From Candidatus Dadabacteria bacterium (lineage in GTDB: Bacteria > Desulfobacterota_D > UBA1144 > Nemesobacterales > CSP1-2), in contig PSLL01000010.1 of NCBI GenBank assembly GCA_040289575.1, positions 1 to 11,379 of the forward strand: a DNA stretch of 11,379 nt, in the 5' to 3' direction. A program made the translations under genes and the position numbers. Of the stretch, positions 1 to 8,445 are shown in pieces. Numbering within the stretch: position 1 is the first letter of the stretch; every line of letters starts with the position of its first letter. The notes beneath the pieces were generated by a model. It saw only the letters and a list, made by a program, of their open reading frames with translations. It was not told where the DNA came from and made no database searches.

Positions 1-46
1 CCATACACACAAATATCCATATCTGCTCATCTTCTGCAAGGAGGTT

Positions 47-76
47 TTGAAATGGATTCTAGGTAATTGGTATAAT
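47..76 (+). promoter_or_regulatory. Putative sigma70 promoter for ymdB
   Basis: TTGAAA (47-52), 18-bp spacer, TATAAT (71-76) preceded by TG at 68-69 (extended -10, TGnTATAAT); 35 nt upstream of ATG 112. Confidence 0.6.
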
Positions 77-111
77 TTAATGTCGCAATTATAGGAGTGT
101 ATAATAGTGAG

Positions 112-924
112 ATGATGGATAGGAGATTGCGTGTTCTATTTATTGGAGACATTGTCGGCGAGGCGGGTAGAAATGCAATAGGTGTTCTGGTTGGGGATTT
201 GGTTAAAGAACATAGAGCCGATTTTATCATAGCAAATTGCGAGAATTCCGCAGGAGGGAAGGGAATCACTCCAAAAATCACTGAATATCTGCTTGGCTGT
301 GGGATTGATGTTCTTACATCTGGAAACCACATCTGGGACAGGCAGGAGATTATTCCGTACATAGGAACTCAATCGAGACTCCTCCGCCCCGCGAATTTGC
401 CCAAGTCAAGTCCTGGGGTTGGCTACGGCGTATTTGAAACCCGAAGGGGTAAGAGAGTGGGTGTCATAAATCTCTGCGGAAGGCTTTTTATGGATTGTTA
501 TGAACATCCTTTTCTCTATGCTTCAGCCTTGGTGGAGGAATTAAGGAAGCAAAATCGGCTTATAATTGTTGATTTTCATGCCGAGGCAACCTCGGAGAAG
601 GTAGCTATGGGATGGTATCTCGATGGTAGAGTAAGCGCCGTAATAGGTACGCATACACACGTTCAGACGGCGGATGAAAAGGTCCTTCCACAAGGAACTG
701 CTTATATAACCGACGTTGGAATGACTGGGCCTATGGACTCCGTAATTGGAGTGGATAAAGAGAAGGCTATAAATAAGTTCCTCACTCTTATCCCTCAGAA
801 GTTTGAGCCTGCAAAGGATGATGTTTGGCTCCACGGAGTGGTGATAGATTTAGATATAGAAAGCGGCAGAAGCCTTGGTATTAAGAGGATAGCCGTTCCA
901 GTGGATAAGAAATCTCTTCCTTAG
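112..924 (+). CDS. ymdB: YmdB-like metallophosphoesterase (TIGR00282 family, 2',3'-cyclic-nucleotide phosphodiesterase)
   Basis: Family motifs FIGDIVG, ANCENSAGGKG, TSGNHIWD, LRPAN, VDFHAEATSEK, GTHTHVQTAD, YITDVGMTGP. Start uncertain: the ORF track's GTG at 97 overlaps the AGGAG (93-97), so ATG 112 or 115 is preferred. Confidence 0.93.
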   Translation: MMDRRLRVLFIGDIVGEAGRNAIGVLVGDLVKEHRADFIIANCENSAGGKGITPKITEYLLGCGIDVLTSGNHIWDRQEIIPYIGTQSRLLRPANLPKSSPGVGYGVFETRRGKRVGVINLCGRLFMDCYEHPFLYASALVEELRKQNRLIIVDFHAEATSEKVAMGWYLDGRVSAVIGTHTHVQTADEKVLPQGTAYITDVGMTGPMDSVIGVDKEKAINKFLTLIPQKFEPAKDDVWLHGVVIDLDIESGRSLGIKRIAVPVDKKSLP

Positions 925-958
925 ATTCCTCTTTACTCAAATGGAAAAGATAGATGTT

Positions 959-3751
959 TCATGAACCCGCTTGAGTTTCTTTTAAACTTGCCCTTGCAGC
1001 AGAGAGCCTTGCAATCGGCACTCTGTAGGGAGAGCAGCTTACATAGTTCATTCCAATGTTATGACAGAACTCTATTGAATCGGGGTCACCTCCGTGCTCC
1101 CCGCAGATTCCCACCTTGAGATTCGGTCTTGTTTTTCTCCCCCTTTCTATGGCGATCTTAATAAACTCGCCGACACCTCTTACATCAAGTGTCGAAAACG
1201 GGTCTTTCTCCAGGATGTGTACCTGCTCTCCATTCAGTGTTAATTTGGTTTCCATATATGTCCTTATAAACTTCCCAGCATCGTCACGTGAGAAAGCAAA
1301 TGTAGTCTGCGTAAGGTCATTTGTTCCGAAAGAGAAGAACTCTGCCTCTTTTGCTATTTCGTCTGCCGTTATGGTTGCCCTCGGAACCTCAATCATTGTG
1401 CCAACATAGTATTTAATATTTCTCTCATATCTATTTATGACTTTTTTGGCCTCTTCGACTATTATGTCCTTCTGTGCTTTGATCTCTGTAAGCATCCCAA
1501 CGAGGGGAACCATAATCTCCGGGATCGCTTTTACTCCTTCGTCTGCAACCTCGCAAGCGGCTTCCATTATAGCCTGCACCTGCATGCGGCTGATCTCAGG
1601 CATAAGGATTCCGAGTCTGCACCCGCGGAAACCAAGCATTGGGTTGAATTCATGGAGCTCTTCTACACGCGTAAGGAGTCTTCGCTTCTCTTCTATTAGT
1701 CGTGGATCACCTCCTGTGAGTTCAAGTTCTCTAATTTCTACCATTAGTTCTTCGCGTTTGGGAAGAAATTCATGAAGTGGCGGATCGAGGAGCCTTATTG
1801 TTACCGGGTATCCGTTCATCTCGCGGAAAAGATCCTTAAAGTCTTCTTTCTGCATAGGGAGAAGCTTGTCGAGAAACTCTTCTCTTTCTTTTACCGTCTT
1901 TGCGAGAATCATCCCCTGCATAAGCGGAACCCTGTCTTCGGCAAAAAACATGTGCTCCGTACGGCAGAGTCCAATTCCCTCGGCTCCAAATTTCACGGCC
2001 ACCTTTGCATCATTCGGAATGTCTGCATTTGTCCTAATGCCGAGTTTTCTTACCTTATCCGCCCATTTAAGAATCGTAGAGAAGATCACGTACTTCTCAG
2101 ATTTTTCTGGCCTTAGTCTTCCTTCAATGACCTGAATGACCTCAGATGGGAAAATGGGAACATCCCCTGCATATACCTTCCCCTCGAACCCGTCTATCGA
2201 GATAAAATCCCCTTCTTTTATTTCAATCTCTCCGACGCGAAAACTCCTACTCTCTTCATCCACAATTATCTCTTCCGCTCCCACTATGCACACCTTTCCC
2301 ATCTGTCTTCCCACAACGGCTGCATGGCTCGTGCGACCTCCTCTCGCGGTAAGTACCCCTTGTGAAGCCGCCATGCCGTGAATATCATCAGGGCTTGTCT
2401 CCTTCCTAACCAGAATTACCCGATTCCCATTATTGCTCATATCAACTGCCGCCTCTGCGCTTAGCGCCACGCGTCCTGCGGCGGCTCCGGGGGATGCGGC
2501 AAGCCCTTTTGTAATCTGTTTAAAATTCTTTTTCTCATCGGGGTTAAATATAGGAAACAGAAACTGTTCAAGATGTCCGGGCTCTATACGCAAGAGCGCC
2601 TCTTCTTTTGTGATTAGTCTTTCTTTGACCATATCGTATGCGATTTTACCGGATGCAATACCTGTTCTTTTTCCAGACCTTGTCTGAAGCAGGTAGAGCT
2701 TTCCCTCCTCAATGGTAAACTCAAAATCCTGCATGTCTCTAAAATGTTTCTCAAGCGTTTGGGCTATGCGGACTAATTCCCTATACACATTCGGCATTTC
2801 GTACTCAAGCGCGTATATCTGTTTGGGTGTTCTAGTTCCTGCAACGACATCTTCCCCTTGTGCGTTCATAAGGTATTCTGCATAGAACATCTTTTCTCCT
2901 GTCGCGGGATCTCTAGTGAATCCCACTCCGGTGCCCGAATTTTCACCCCTATTTCCAAAAACCATAGCCTGTACATTTACCGCAGTGCCTAGGTTATCGG
3001 GAATTCCATATTGCTTTCTGTAGAAGACGGCTCTTGGATTATTCCAGGAAAGAAAAACTGCATCTATAGCCATGTAGAGCTGAGTTATTGGATCTTGAGG
3101 AAAATCATCTTTTGTTTTCTCCTTGACAAGTTCTTTATATTTGACGACGATTTCTTTGAGTGCCGCGACTCCTAGATCAACATCCTGTCTAACTCCATAA
3201 CTGTGCTTTATATCTTCTAGGATTTTCTCGAATTCCTCTTTATCAACCCTTAGAACCACATCGCTAAACATCTGAATAAATCTTCTATAGGCATCCAATG
3301 CAAATCTTGGATTTCCGGTTTTCTCTCCGAGCCCTTTTGTGCTTTTATCGTTAAGGCCCAAATTTAAAATCGTATCCATCATACCCGGCATTGAGAACTT
3401 AGCCCCCGATCGCACAGAGACCAGAAGCGGGTCAGCTAAGTCGCCGAATCTTTTGCCAGTTATTTTCTCAAGCTTTCTCAGGTTTTTATCAATTGACTTG
3501 ACAATTTTACTTGGAATCCGTTTTTTATTTTTATAGAACATCCGGCAGACCTCTGTTGAGATTGTAAAGCCAGGGGGCACCGGAATTCCTATCCTTGTCA
3601 TCTCGGCAAGCCCTGCTCCTTTTCCGCCAAGGATGTCTTTCATCCTTCCATTTCCGTCTGCTTTTCCACTACCGAAGAAATAGACGTACTTTTTCCCATT
3701 CTGATTTCTAGCGGTTGATTCCCTTGAATGCTTCCGTTTAACTCTTGCCAT
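959..3751 (-). CDS. ppdK: Pyruvate, phosphate dikinase
   Basis: 930 aa; LGGKGAGLAEM, LLVSVRSGA, SMPGMMDTILNLG, GGRTSHAAVV (phospho-His with regulatory Thr), GIGLCRTEHMF, FSFGTNDLTQ, GICGEHGG; GGGAG Shine-Dalgarno-like sequence upstream. Confidence 0.98.
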   Translation of the reverse strand: MARVKRKHSRESTARNQNGKKYVYFFGSGKADGNGRMKDILGGKGAGLAEMTRIGIPVPPGFTISTEVCRMFYKNKKRIPSKIVKSIDKNLRKLEKITGKRFGDLADPLLVSVRSGAKFSMPGMMDTILNLGLNDKSTKGLGEKTGNPRFALDAYRRFIQMFSDVVLRVDKEEFEKILEDIKHSYGVRQDVDLGVAALKEIVVKYKELVKEKTKDDFPQDPITQLYMAIDAVFLSWNNPRAVFYRKQYGIPDNLGTAVNVQAMVFGNRGENSGTGVGFTRDPATGEKMFYAEYLMNAQGEDVVAGTRTPKQIYALEYEMPNVYRELVRIAQTLEKHFRDMQDFEFTIEEGKLYLLQTRSGKRTGIASGKIAYDMVKERLITKEEALLRIEPGHLEQFLFPIFNPDEKKNFKQITKGLAASPGAAAGRVALSAEAAVDMSNNGNRVILVRKETSPDDIHGMAASQGVLTARGGRTSHAAVVGRQMGKVCIVGAEEIIVDEESRSFRVGEIEIKEGDFISIDGFEGKVYAGDVPIFPSEVIQVIEGRLRPEKSEKYVIFSTILKWADKVRKLGIRTNADIPNDAKVAVKFGAEGIGLCRTEHMFFAEDRVPLMQGMILAKTVKEREEFLDKLLPMQKEDFKDLFREMNGYPVTIRLLDPPLHEFLPKREELMVEIRELELTGGDPRLIEEKRRLLTRVEELHEFNPMLGFRGCRLGILMPEISRMQVQAIMEAACEVADEGVKAIPEIMVPLVGMLTEIKAQKDIIVEEAKKVINRYERNIKYYVGTMIEVPRATITADEIAKEAEFFSFGTNDLTQTTFAFSRDDAGKFIRTYMETKLTLNGEQVHILEKDPFSTLDVRGVGEFIKIAIERGRKTRPNLKVGICGEHGGDPDSIEFCHNIGMNYVSCSPYRVPIARLSAARASLKETQAGS

Positions 3752-3767
3752 ACCGTGAATTCTCCCT

Positions 3768-5894
3768 CTATGTATTTATTTTTGAGAAGTCAGCGATCTT
3801 AAAGAACAGGTCTCTTATTTCCCATAGTGTTGAGAGTCGGTTTAAGCGAATATCTTCGTCCTTATCCATAACGAGCACATCTGTAAAGTATTTATCTACC
3901 GGTTCTTTTAATCCCCTGAGTTGGGAAAGCGCCTCTTTGTAATTGCTTCCTGATTCCTCTACATATCGCTTCACATCCAAGTATGATTGATAAAGCTGCT
4001 TTTCGGATTGGGTAAAGAGTTCTGGATTAACCATACCCCGTGGCTGCCCTTTTACAATATTGACCACGCGCTTAAACGCAATCGCAAGTGAATCAAAATC
4101 GGGAGCTTTGCGGAACTCTGACAGAGCTTCTATTTTTCTCTTTACTTCAAGTATATCATTGCATTCGGCGAAAATCACAGAATCAACAATATCTTGAGGA
4201 AATCCCTCAGAAATCATGAGATTTCTGAACCTTTCAACCATAAAATTCATCACTTCTGCTAAAAGAGGAGAAAGTGACTGTGGCAAAAGAACGAAGTCTT
4301 TTTGAAATTGATTCCCGATTTGCCTTAAACTGAAGTTAAATATATCTCTCAGACACAAATGGAATTCCTTTTCAAGGATGATATTAATAATCCCTATTGC
4401 CTGTCTTCTAAGTGCGTAAGGATCGGATGTTCCTGTTGGGATAAGTCCCGATATAAAACAGGCTGAAATAGTGTCAATCTTATCTGCTATACTGAGTATT
4501 GCCCCAAGGTTGGTCTCCGGGAGTTTCCCTTCGCGTGATGTGGGCATATGCTGTTCTTCTATTGCCTTTGCAACTTCTTCTTTTTCTCCTGAAATTAAAG
4601 CGTAATATTTGCCCATGGTGCCTTGAAGTTCGGGGAACTCAAATACCATCTGGGTTGCCAGGTCTGCTTTTGAGAGTTTTGCCGCCCGTTTAATATCTTC
4701 TAATGATTGTTGAAAGCCTAGCCTAACCCCAATGAATTCCGATAAATCTTCTGTTCTCTCTGTTTTATCACGGTAAGTGCCGAGTTCAGAGAGAAAGACC
4801 ATGCTTCTGAGTTTTTCTAACTTTTCTGAAAGAGGTGTTTTTGTGTCTTCTTTAAAGAAAAACTGGGCATCTGTAAATCTCGCTTTGATGACCCTTTCAT
4901 TTCCTCGAATAACTACTTGACTGTCTTTTACGGGAGTCCCACAAACAAATATGAAGTGAGGAAGAAGTTGTTTCAATAGTGGTGATTCTGCTTCTTTATT
5001 ATTGCGTCCGGATTTACCGGAATTTGAAAAAACAGGAAAATATTTTTGTTGATTTTTCATTACGCTTATTAGAACCTCTTTAGGAAGCTCAAGAAATTCC
5101 CTGTCGAAGTTGCCTTTAAGCACAACCGGATATTCAACTAAGTTGGCTACGGTTTCAAGTAGTTCCTCATCCCATAGTGGGATTCCGTCAATCTCTTTCC
5201 CTATCTGTTCAATGTCCCTTTTTATGATTTCTTTTCTCTTTTTTCCATCCAGAATCACAAATCTTCTCTCAAGCTCGGTTACGTATTCCTCCCAGTTTTT
5301 TACCTGAAACGGCTTGGGAGACATAAAACGGTGCCCACGTGTTTTTGAATCGCTTTTTATATCTCCTAGTCCGAATGGAACTATTTTTCTGCCGTAGATG
5401 CAGAGAATCCACCTTATAGGTCTTACAAAAGTCGTATCGTTATCTCCCCATCTCATGGATTTTCTAAATGGTATTGAGACGATTATCCTTGGGAGAAGCT
5501 CAGTTAAGACATTCTTAGTTTTCTGGCCTTTGATTTCTCTTTTTACCGCAATAAACTCACCCTTTTCACGACTTACGACTACCAAATCTTTTGTATCTAC
5601 GCCTTGAGATTTAGCGAATCCGATTGCTGCCTTTGTTGGCGTCCCGCTCTCATCATAGGCAATTCGCTTGGGGGGACCGACGATCTCATCTATTTTATCG
5701 CTCTGTTTGTCGGAAAGGTCAGTAACTCTCAGCACGAGCCTTCTCGGAGTTCCAAATGTATTTATATCTCTGTATGATAGGAGATTATCCTTAAATTCCC
5801 GCTCTGCGATACTGTGTAGGTTCTCTATAGCTCCTTCTAAAAATCCCGCGGGGATTTCTTCTGTGCCTATTTCAAGTATCAACTCTTTTTCCAT
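3768..5894 (-). CDS. glyS: Glycine--tRNA ligase beta subunit
   Basis: LEIGTEEIPA, TPRRL, KSMRWG..FVRPIRW, LVEYP, KADL..MVFEFPELQG.MG, DPYALRR, C-terminal FKRVVNI...NRL; directly downstream of glyQ. Confidence 0.97.
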   Translation of the reverse strand: MEKELILEIGTEEIPAGFLEGAIENLHSIAEREFKDNLLSYRDINTFGTPRRLVLRVTDLSDKQSDKIDEIVGPPKRIAYDESGTPTKAAIGFAKSQGVDTKDLVVVSREKGEFIAVKREIKGQKTKNVLTELLPRIIVSIPFRKSMRWGDNDTTFVRPIRWILCIYGRKIVPFGLGDIKSDSKTRGHRFMSPKPFQVKNWEEYVTELERRFVILDGKKRKEIIKRDIEQIGKEIDGIPLWDEELLETVANLVEYPVVLKGNFDREFLELPKEVLISVMKNQQKYFPVFSNSGKSGRNNKEAESPLLKQLLPHFIFVCGTPVKDSQVVIRGNERVIKARFTDAQFFFKEDTKTPLSEKLEKLRSMVFLSELGTYRDKTERTEDLSEFIGVRLGFQQSLEDIKRAAKLSKADLATQMVFEFPELQGTMGKYYALISGEKEEVAKAIEEQHMPTSREGKLPETNLGAILSIADKIDTISACFISGLIPTGTSDPYALRRQAIGIINIILEKEFHLCLRDIFNFSLRQIGNQFQKDFVLLPQSLSPLLAEVMNFMVERFRNLMISEGFPQDIVDSVIFAECNDILEVKRKIEALSEFRKAPDFDSLAIAFKRVVNIVKGQPRGMVNPELFTQSEKQLYQSYLDVKRYVEESGSNYKEALSQLRGLKEPVDKYFTDVLVMDKDEDIRLNRLSTLWEIRDLFFKIADFSKINT

Positions 5895-5896
5895 TT

Positions 5897-6838
5897 TTAT
5901 TTTGTATCGGCTAAATATCTATTTTTATCGCTCTTTCTCCCAGTGCCGTGATTGGAAAATCGCCAAGGATTATTTTGAAGAAGGGGAAATCCCATTTCTT
6001 CCCTTTCTCTTAGATATGCCTCGGCGCATCCCTTTGCAAGCGCTCGGACCTTTCCAATGAAGCTTGCGCGCTCGGCAACCCCGATTGCTCCACGCGCATC
6101 AAGGAGGTTAAACGTATGAGAACATTTTAAACAATAATCATATGCGGGAAGAGGGAGTCTCTTATCAATCAGCCTCTCGCATTCGGCCTTGAATTTATTA
6201 AAGAGGTCTCTTAGCATCTCTGGGTCTGATTCATCAAAGTTGTATGTAGAAAATTCGACTTCATCCCGGTGGTGAATCTCGCCGTATGTCACACCCTTTG
6301 TCCATTCAAGGTCATACACATTCTCAACCCCCTGAAGATACATTGCAATCCTTTCCGTTCCATAGGTGATTTCAGCGGAGACGGGTTTCAAGTCAAATCC
6401 GCCTGCCTGTTGGAAGTAGGTAAATTGGGTGATTTCCATTCCATCGAGCCAAACCTCCCATCCCAGTCCCCAGGCTCCAAGTGTAGGAGATTCCCAGTCG
6501 TCCTCTACAAACCTTATGTCGTGCCTAAGCAGGTCTATTCCAAATGAGCGAAGACTCTTGAGATAAAGCTCCTGTATATTTTCAGGCGACGGTTTTATTA
6601 TCACCTGGAACTGATAGTAGTGCTGAAGACGATTTGGGTTCTCTCCGTATCTGCCATCAGTAGGTCTTCTTGAAGGCTCTACATAAGCCGCACGCCAGGG
6701 CTCAGGCCCAAGGCATCTTAGGAACGTAGCGGGATGAAAAGTCCCCGCCCCTTTCTCCAAGTCATAGGGCTGAAATATTATGCACCCCTGATTTGCCCAG
6801 AATCCCTCAAGTGCTAGGATTAAGTCCTGAAAAGTCAT
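5897..6838 (-). CDS. glyQ: Glycine--tRNA ligase alpha subunit
   Basis: [87 protein letters not shown]. Confidence 0.98.
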   Translation of the reverse strand: MTFQDLILALEGFWANQGCIIFQPYDLEKGAGTFHPATFLRCLGPEPWRAAYVEPSRRPTDGRYGENPNRLQHYYQFQVIIKPSPENIQELYLKSLRSFGIDLLRHDIRFVEDDWESPTLGAWGLGWEVWLDGMEITQFTYFQQAGGFDLKPVSAEITYGTERIAMYLQGVENVYDLEWTKGVTYGEIHHRDEVEFSTYNFDESDPEMLRDLFNKFKAECERLIDKRLPLPAYDYCLKCSHTFNLLDARGAIGVAERASFIGKVRALAKGCAEAYLREREEMGFPLLQNNPWRFSNHGTGRKSDKNRYLADTK

Positions 6839-6858
6839 GTCTATTTTTGAATCGAAGA

Positions 6859-6888
6859 ATTATAAAATAATACCATTATTTTTTGGAA
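6859..6888 (-). promoter_or_regulatory. Possible glyQS promoter (-10 TATAAT) overlapped by an 8-3-8 palindrome
   Basis: Minus-strand TATAAT at 6864-6859, 20 nt upstream of the glyQ ATG; only a weak -35 (TTCCAA, 18-bp spacer); AAAATAAT-ACC-ATTATTTT at 6864-6882. Confidence 0.4.
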
Positions 6889-6900
6889 AGAAAATTATGT

Positions 6901-6994
6901 GCAAGACTGGCCTTGCGGTGTTCAATATCTCTGAAGATTCCAACATGGAACTCAGCAGGGATATATTGAAATGCCTTACAGATCGGGAACTGTA
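6901..6994. repeat. Cluster of three inverted repeats (structured intergenic element)
   Basis: GCAAG/CTTGC (6901-6916); long imperfect hairpin TTCAA-TATCTCTG..TTCCA-ACA-TGGAA..CAGGGATA-TA-TTGAA (6921-6970); TACAG/CTGTA (6977-6994). Confidence 0.6.
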
Positions 6995-7018
6995 GTTGTC
7001 AACCGAGTAAAAGAATTA

Positions 7019-8341
7019 TTAAAATCGGCTCAATTTGCATATCTTAGAAAGCGCCCTTTCTACGATGAGTTTCTTCTTCAGCGATTTTGGAGCGCCGTTT
7101 TCGAGTGGGGGAAAAAGTCCAAAGTTTATGTTCATAGGCTGAAAATCCTTTACGCTCTGGTCTGTTATGTACCTTATCAGTGCCCCAATTGCGGTCTCAG
7201 GCGGGGGGACTATTGGGTTTAATTCTTTTAAAATCCTTGACGCATTTATTCCTGCAATAATTCCCATTGCAGCGGACTCAACGTAGCCCTCGACTCCTAC
7301 GATCTGACCGGCAAAGAGAATAAGCCCATTACACTTCAACTGAAGGGTCGGATGGAGGAGTTTAGGGGAGTTTATATATGTGTTTCTGTGTATGCTTCCA
7401 TACCTCATAAACTCCACGTTCTCAAGACCGGGTATCATCCTAAAGACCCTTTTCTGCTCAGGATACTTGAGTTTTGTCTGAAACCCTACCATATTGTACA
7501 TAGTGCCATCCCTATTTTCCGTTCTTAGCTGAACTACGGCGAAAGGCTCCTTCCCTGTGCGTGGGTCTATAAGGCCCACGGACTTCATGGGGCCAAATCT
7601 CAATGTGTCTTTTCCCCTTTCTGCCATTATCTCTATTGGGAGACAGCTCTCAAAGTAGAGTGCCTTTTCAAATTTCTCTGCCTCAACCCTTTGTGCGTTT
7701 AGGATTTCAGATATGAATCTGTAATATTCATCCACACTAAGAGAGCAGTTTAAGTAGTCCCCTTCATCTGTCTCTCCTTTGCCGTATCTCGAAGCCCGGA
7801 AGACCTTTGAGTAGTCAATGGTGTCGGCATCTACTATAGGGGAGATCGCATCGTAAAAATAAAGGCTGGATGATCCTGTCATTTTTCTGATCTCTTCTGA
7901 TAGGGAATCAGATGTCAAAGGGCCTGTAGCGATTATTACGGGTCCATTTATGTCTTTAGGTATTTCCTTGACCTCTTCTCTTATGGTTTCAATAAGGGGG
8001 TTTTCTTCAATCCTTTTGGTTAAATATGTGGAAAACTCATCTCGATCAACTGCAAGTGCCTTTCCGGCAGGAACCCTTGTCCGGTCTGCCGCCTCTATTA
8101 CAATTGAACCCAGCCTTCTCATCTCCTCCTTGAGGATCCCGCCTGCGTTGTCCAAGGAGTCGGATTTAAGGGAGTTGCTGCATACAAGCTCTCCTAGGTT
8201 TTGGGTCTTGTGGGCAGGGGTAGAATTATTAGGCCTCATCTCAAAGAGCCGGACTTTAACGCCCAACCTCGTTGCCTGATGTGCTGCTTCGGCTCCGGCC
8301 AAACCGCCGCCGATTATTATGACTATTTTTTCTCTAGCCAT
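7019..8341 (-). CDS. trmFO: FAD/folate-dependent tRNA (uracil-54 C5)-methyltransferase TrmFO (Gid)
   Basis: [15 protein letters not shown] motif, [73 protein letters not shown] at 8341 fits the family N-terminus better than the TTG at 8380. Confidence 0.96.
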   Translation of the reverse strand: MAREKIVIIIGGGLAGAEAAHQATRLGVKVRLFEMRPNNSTPAHKTQNLGELVCSNSLKSDSLDNAGGILKEEMRRLGSIVIEAADRTRVPAGKALAVDRDEFSTYLTKRIEENPLIETIREEVKEIPKDINGPVIIATGPLTSDSLSEEIRKMTGSSSLYFYDAISPIVDADTIDYSKVFRASRYGKGETDEGDYLNCSLSVDEYYRFISEILNAQRVEAEKFEKALYFESCLPIEIMAERGKDTLRFGPMKSVGLIDPRTGKEPFAVVQLRTENRDGTMYNMVGFQTKLKYPEQKRVFRMIPGLENVEFMRYGSIHRNTYINSPKLLHPTLQLKCNGLILFAGQIVGVEGYVESAAMGIIAGINASRILKELNPIVPPPETAIGALIRYITDQSVKDFQPMNINFGLFPPLENGAPKSLKKKLIVERALSKICKLSRF

Positions 8342-8348
8342 GATAAAA

Positions 8349-8377
8349 ATACTACCCGATGGTGAAATTGGTTCCAA
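8349..8377 (-). promoter_or_regulatory. Putative sigma70 promoter for trmFO
   Basis: Minus strand TTGGAA (8377-8372), 17-bp spacer, TAGTAT (8354-8349), then 7 nt to the ATG. Confidence 0.45.
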
Positions 8378-8395
8378 CAAGTCCGCTGTAACCCG

Positions 8396-8424
8396 TTGAC
8401 TTTCAAATGAAATGGGTGTAAATT
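8396..8424 (+). promoter_or_regulatory. Putative sigma70 promoter for the riboswitch-pilB-pilT transcript
   Basis: TTGACT (8396-8401), 17-bp spacer, TAAATT (8419-8424); the predicted start near 8431 is about 15 nt before the aptamer P1 helix. Confidence 0.7.
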
Positions 8425-8445
8425 CTACATTTAAGAACAGTTCTA

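Noticed and set aside
27..834. Minus-strand ORFs overlapping ymdB
   Set aside because: Antisense to a highly conserved gene; no independent support.
112..924. YmdB as the c-di-GMP-degrading partner of the riboswitch
   Set aside because: Characterised YmdB acts on cyclic mononucleotides; it is 7.5 kb away in a separate transcription unit and has no EAL or HD-GYP motif.
925..958. Bidirectional terminator between convergent ymdB and ppdK
   Set aside because: Only weak A/U pairings in the 34-bp gap; no GC-rich stem with a U-tract.
1116..3942. Series of plus-strand ORFs (65-114 aa) antisense to ppdK and glyS
   Set aside because: Shadow ORFs of a conserved gene; Ser/Pro/Ile-rich, no RBS, no recognisable motifs.
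959..6838. glyQ-glyS-ppdK linkage as a novel system
   Set aside because: This gene order is already familiar from several bacterial groups; ordinary synteny.
6839..7018. T-box or glycine riboswitch, 6S RNA, or tRNA-Gly anticodon mimic upstream of glyQ
   Set aside because: No GGTGGNACC antiterminator (closest is TGAACACCGC), no glycine-aptamer motifs recognised, no single long 6S-like duplex with a central bubble, and the GCC-containing loop is 6 nt with GCC in the wrong position for an anticodon loop.
4499..8279. Plus-strand ORFs antisense to glyS, glyQ and trmFO (including 5668-6060, 6971-7222, 7950-8279)
   Set aside because: Fully or almost fully overlap conserved housekeeping genes and show no family features.
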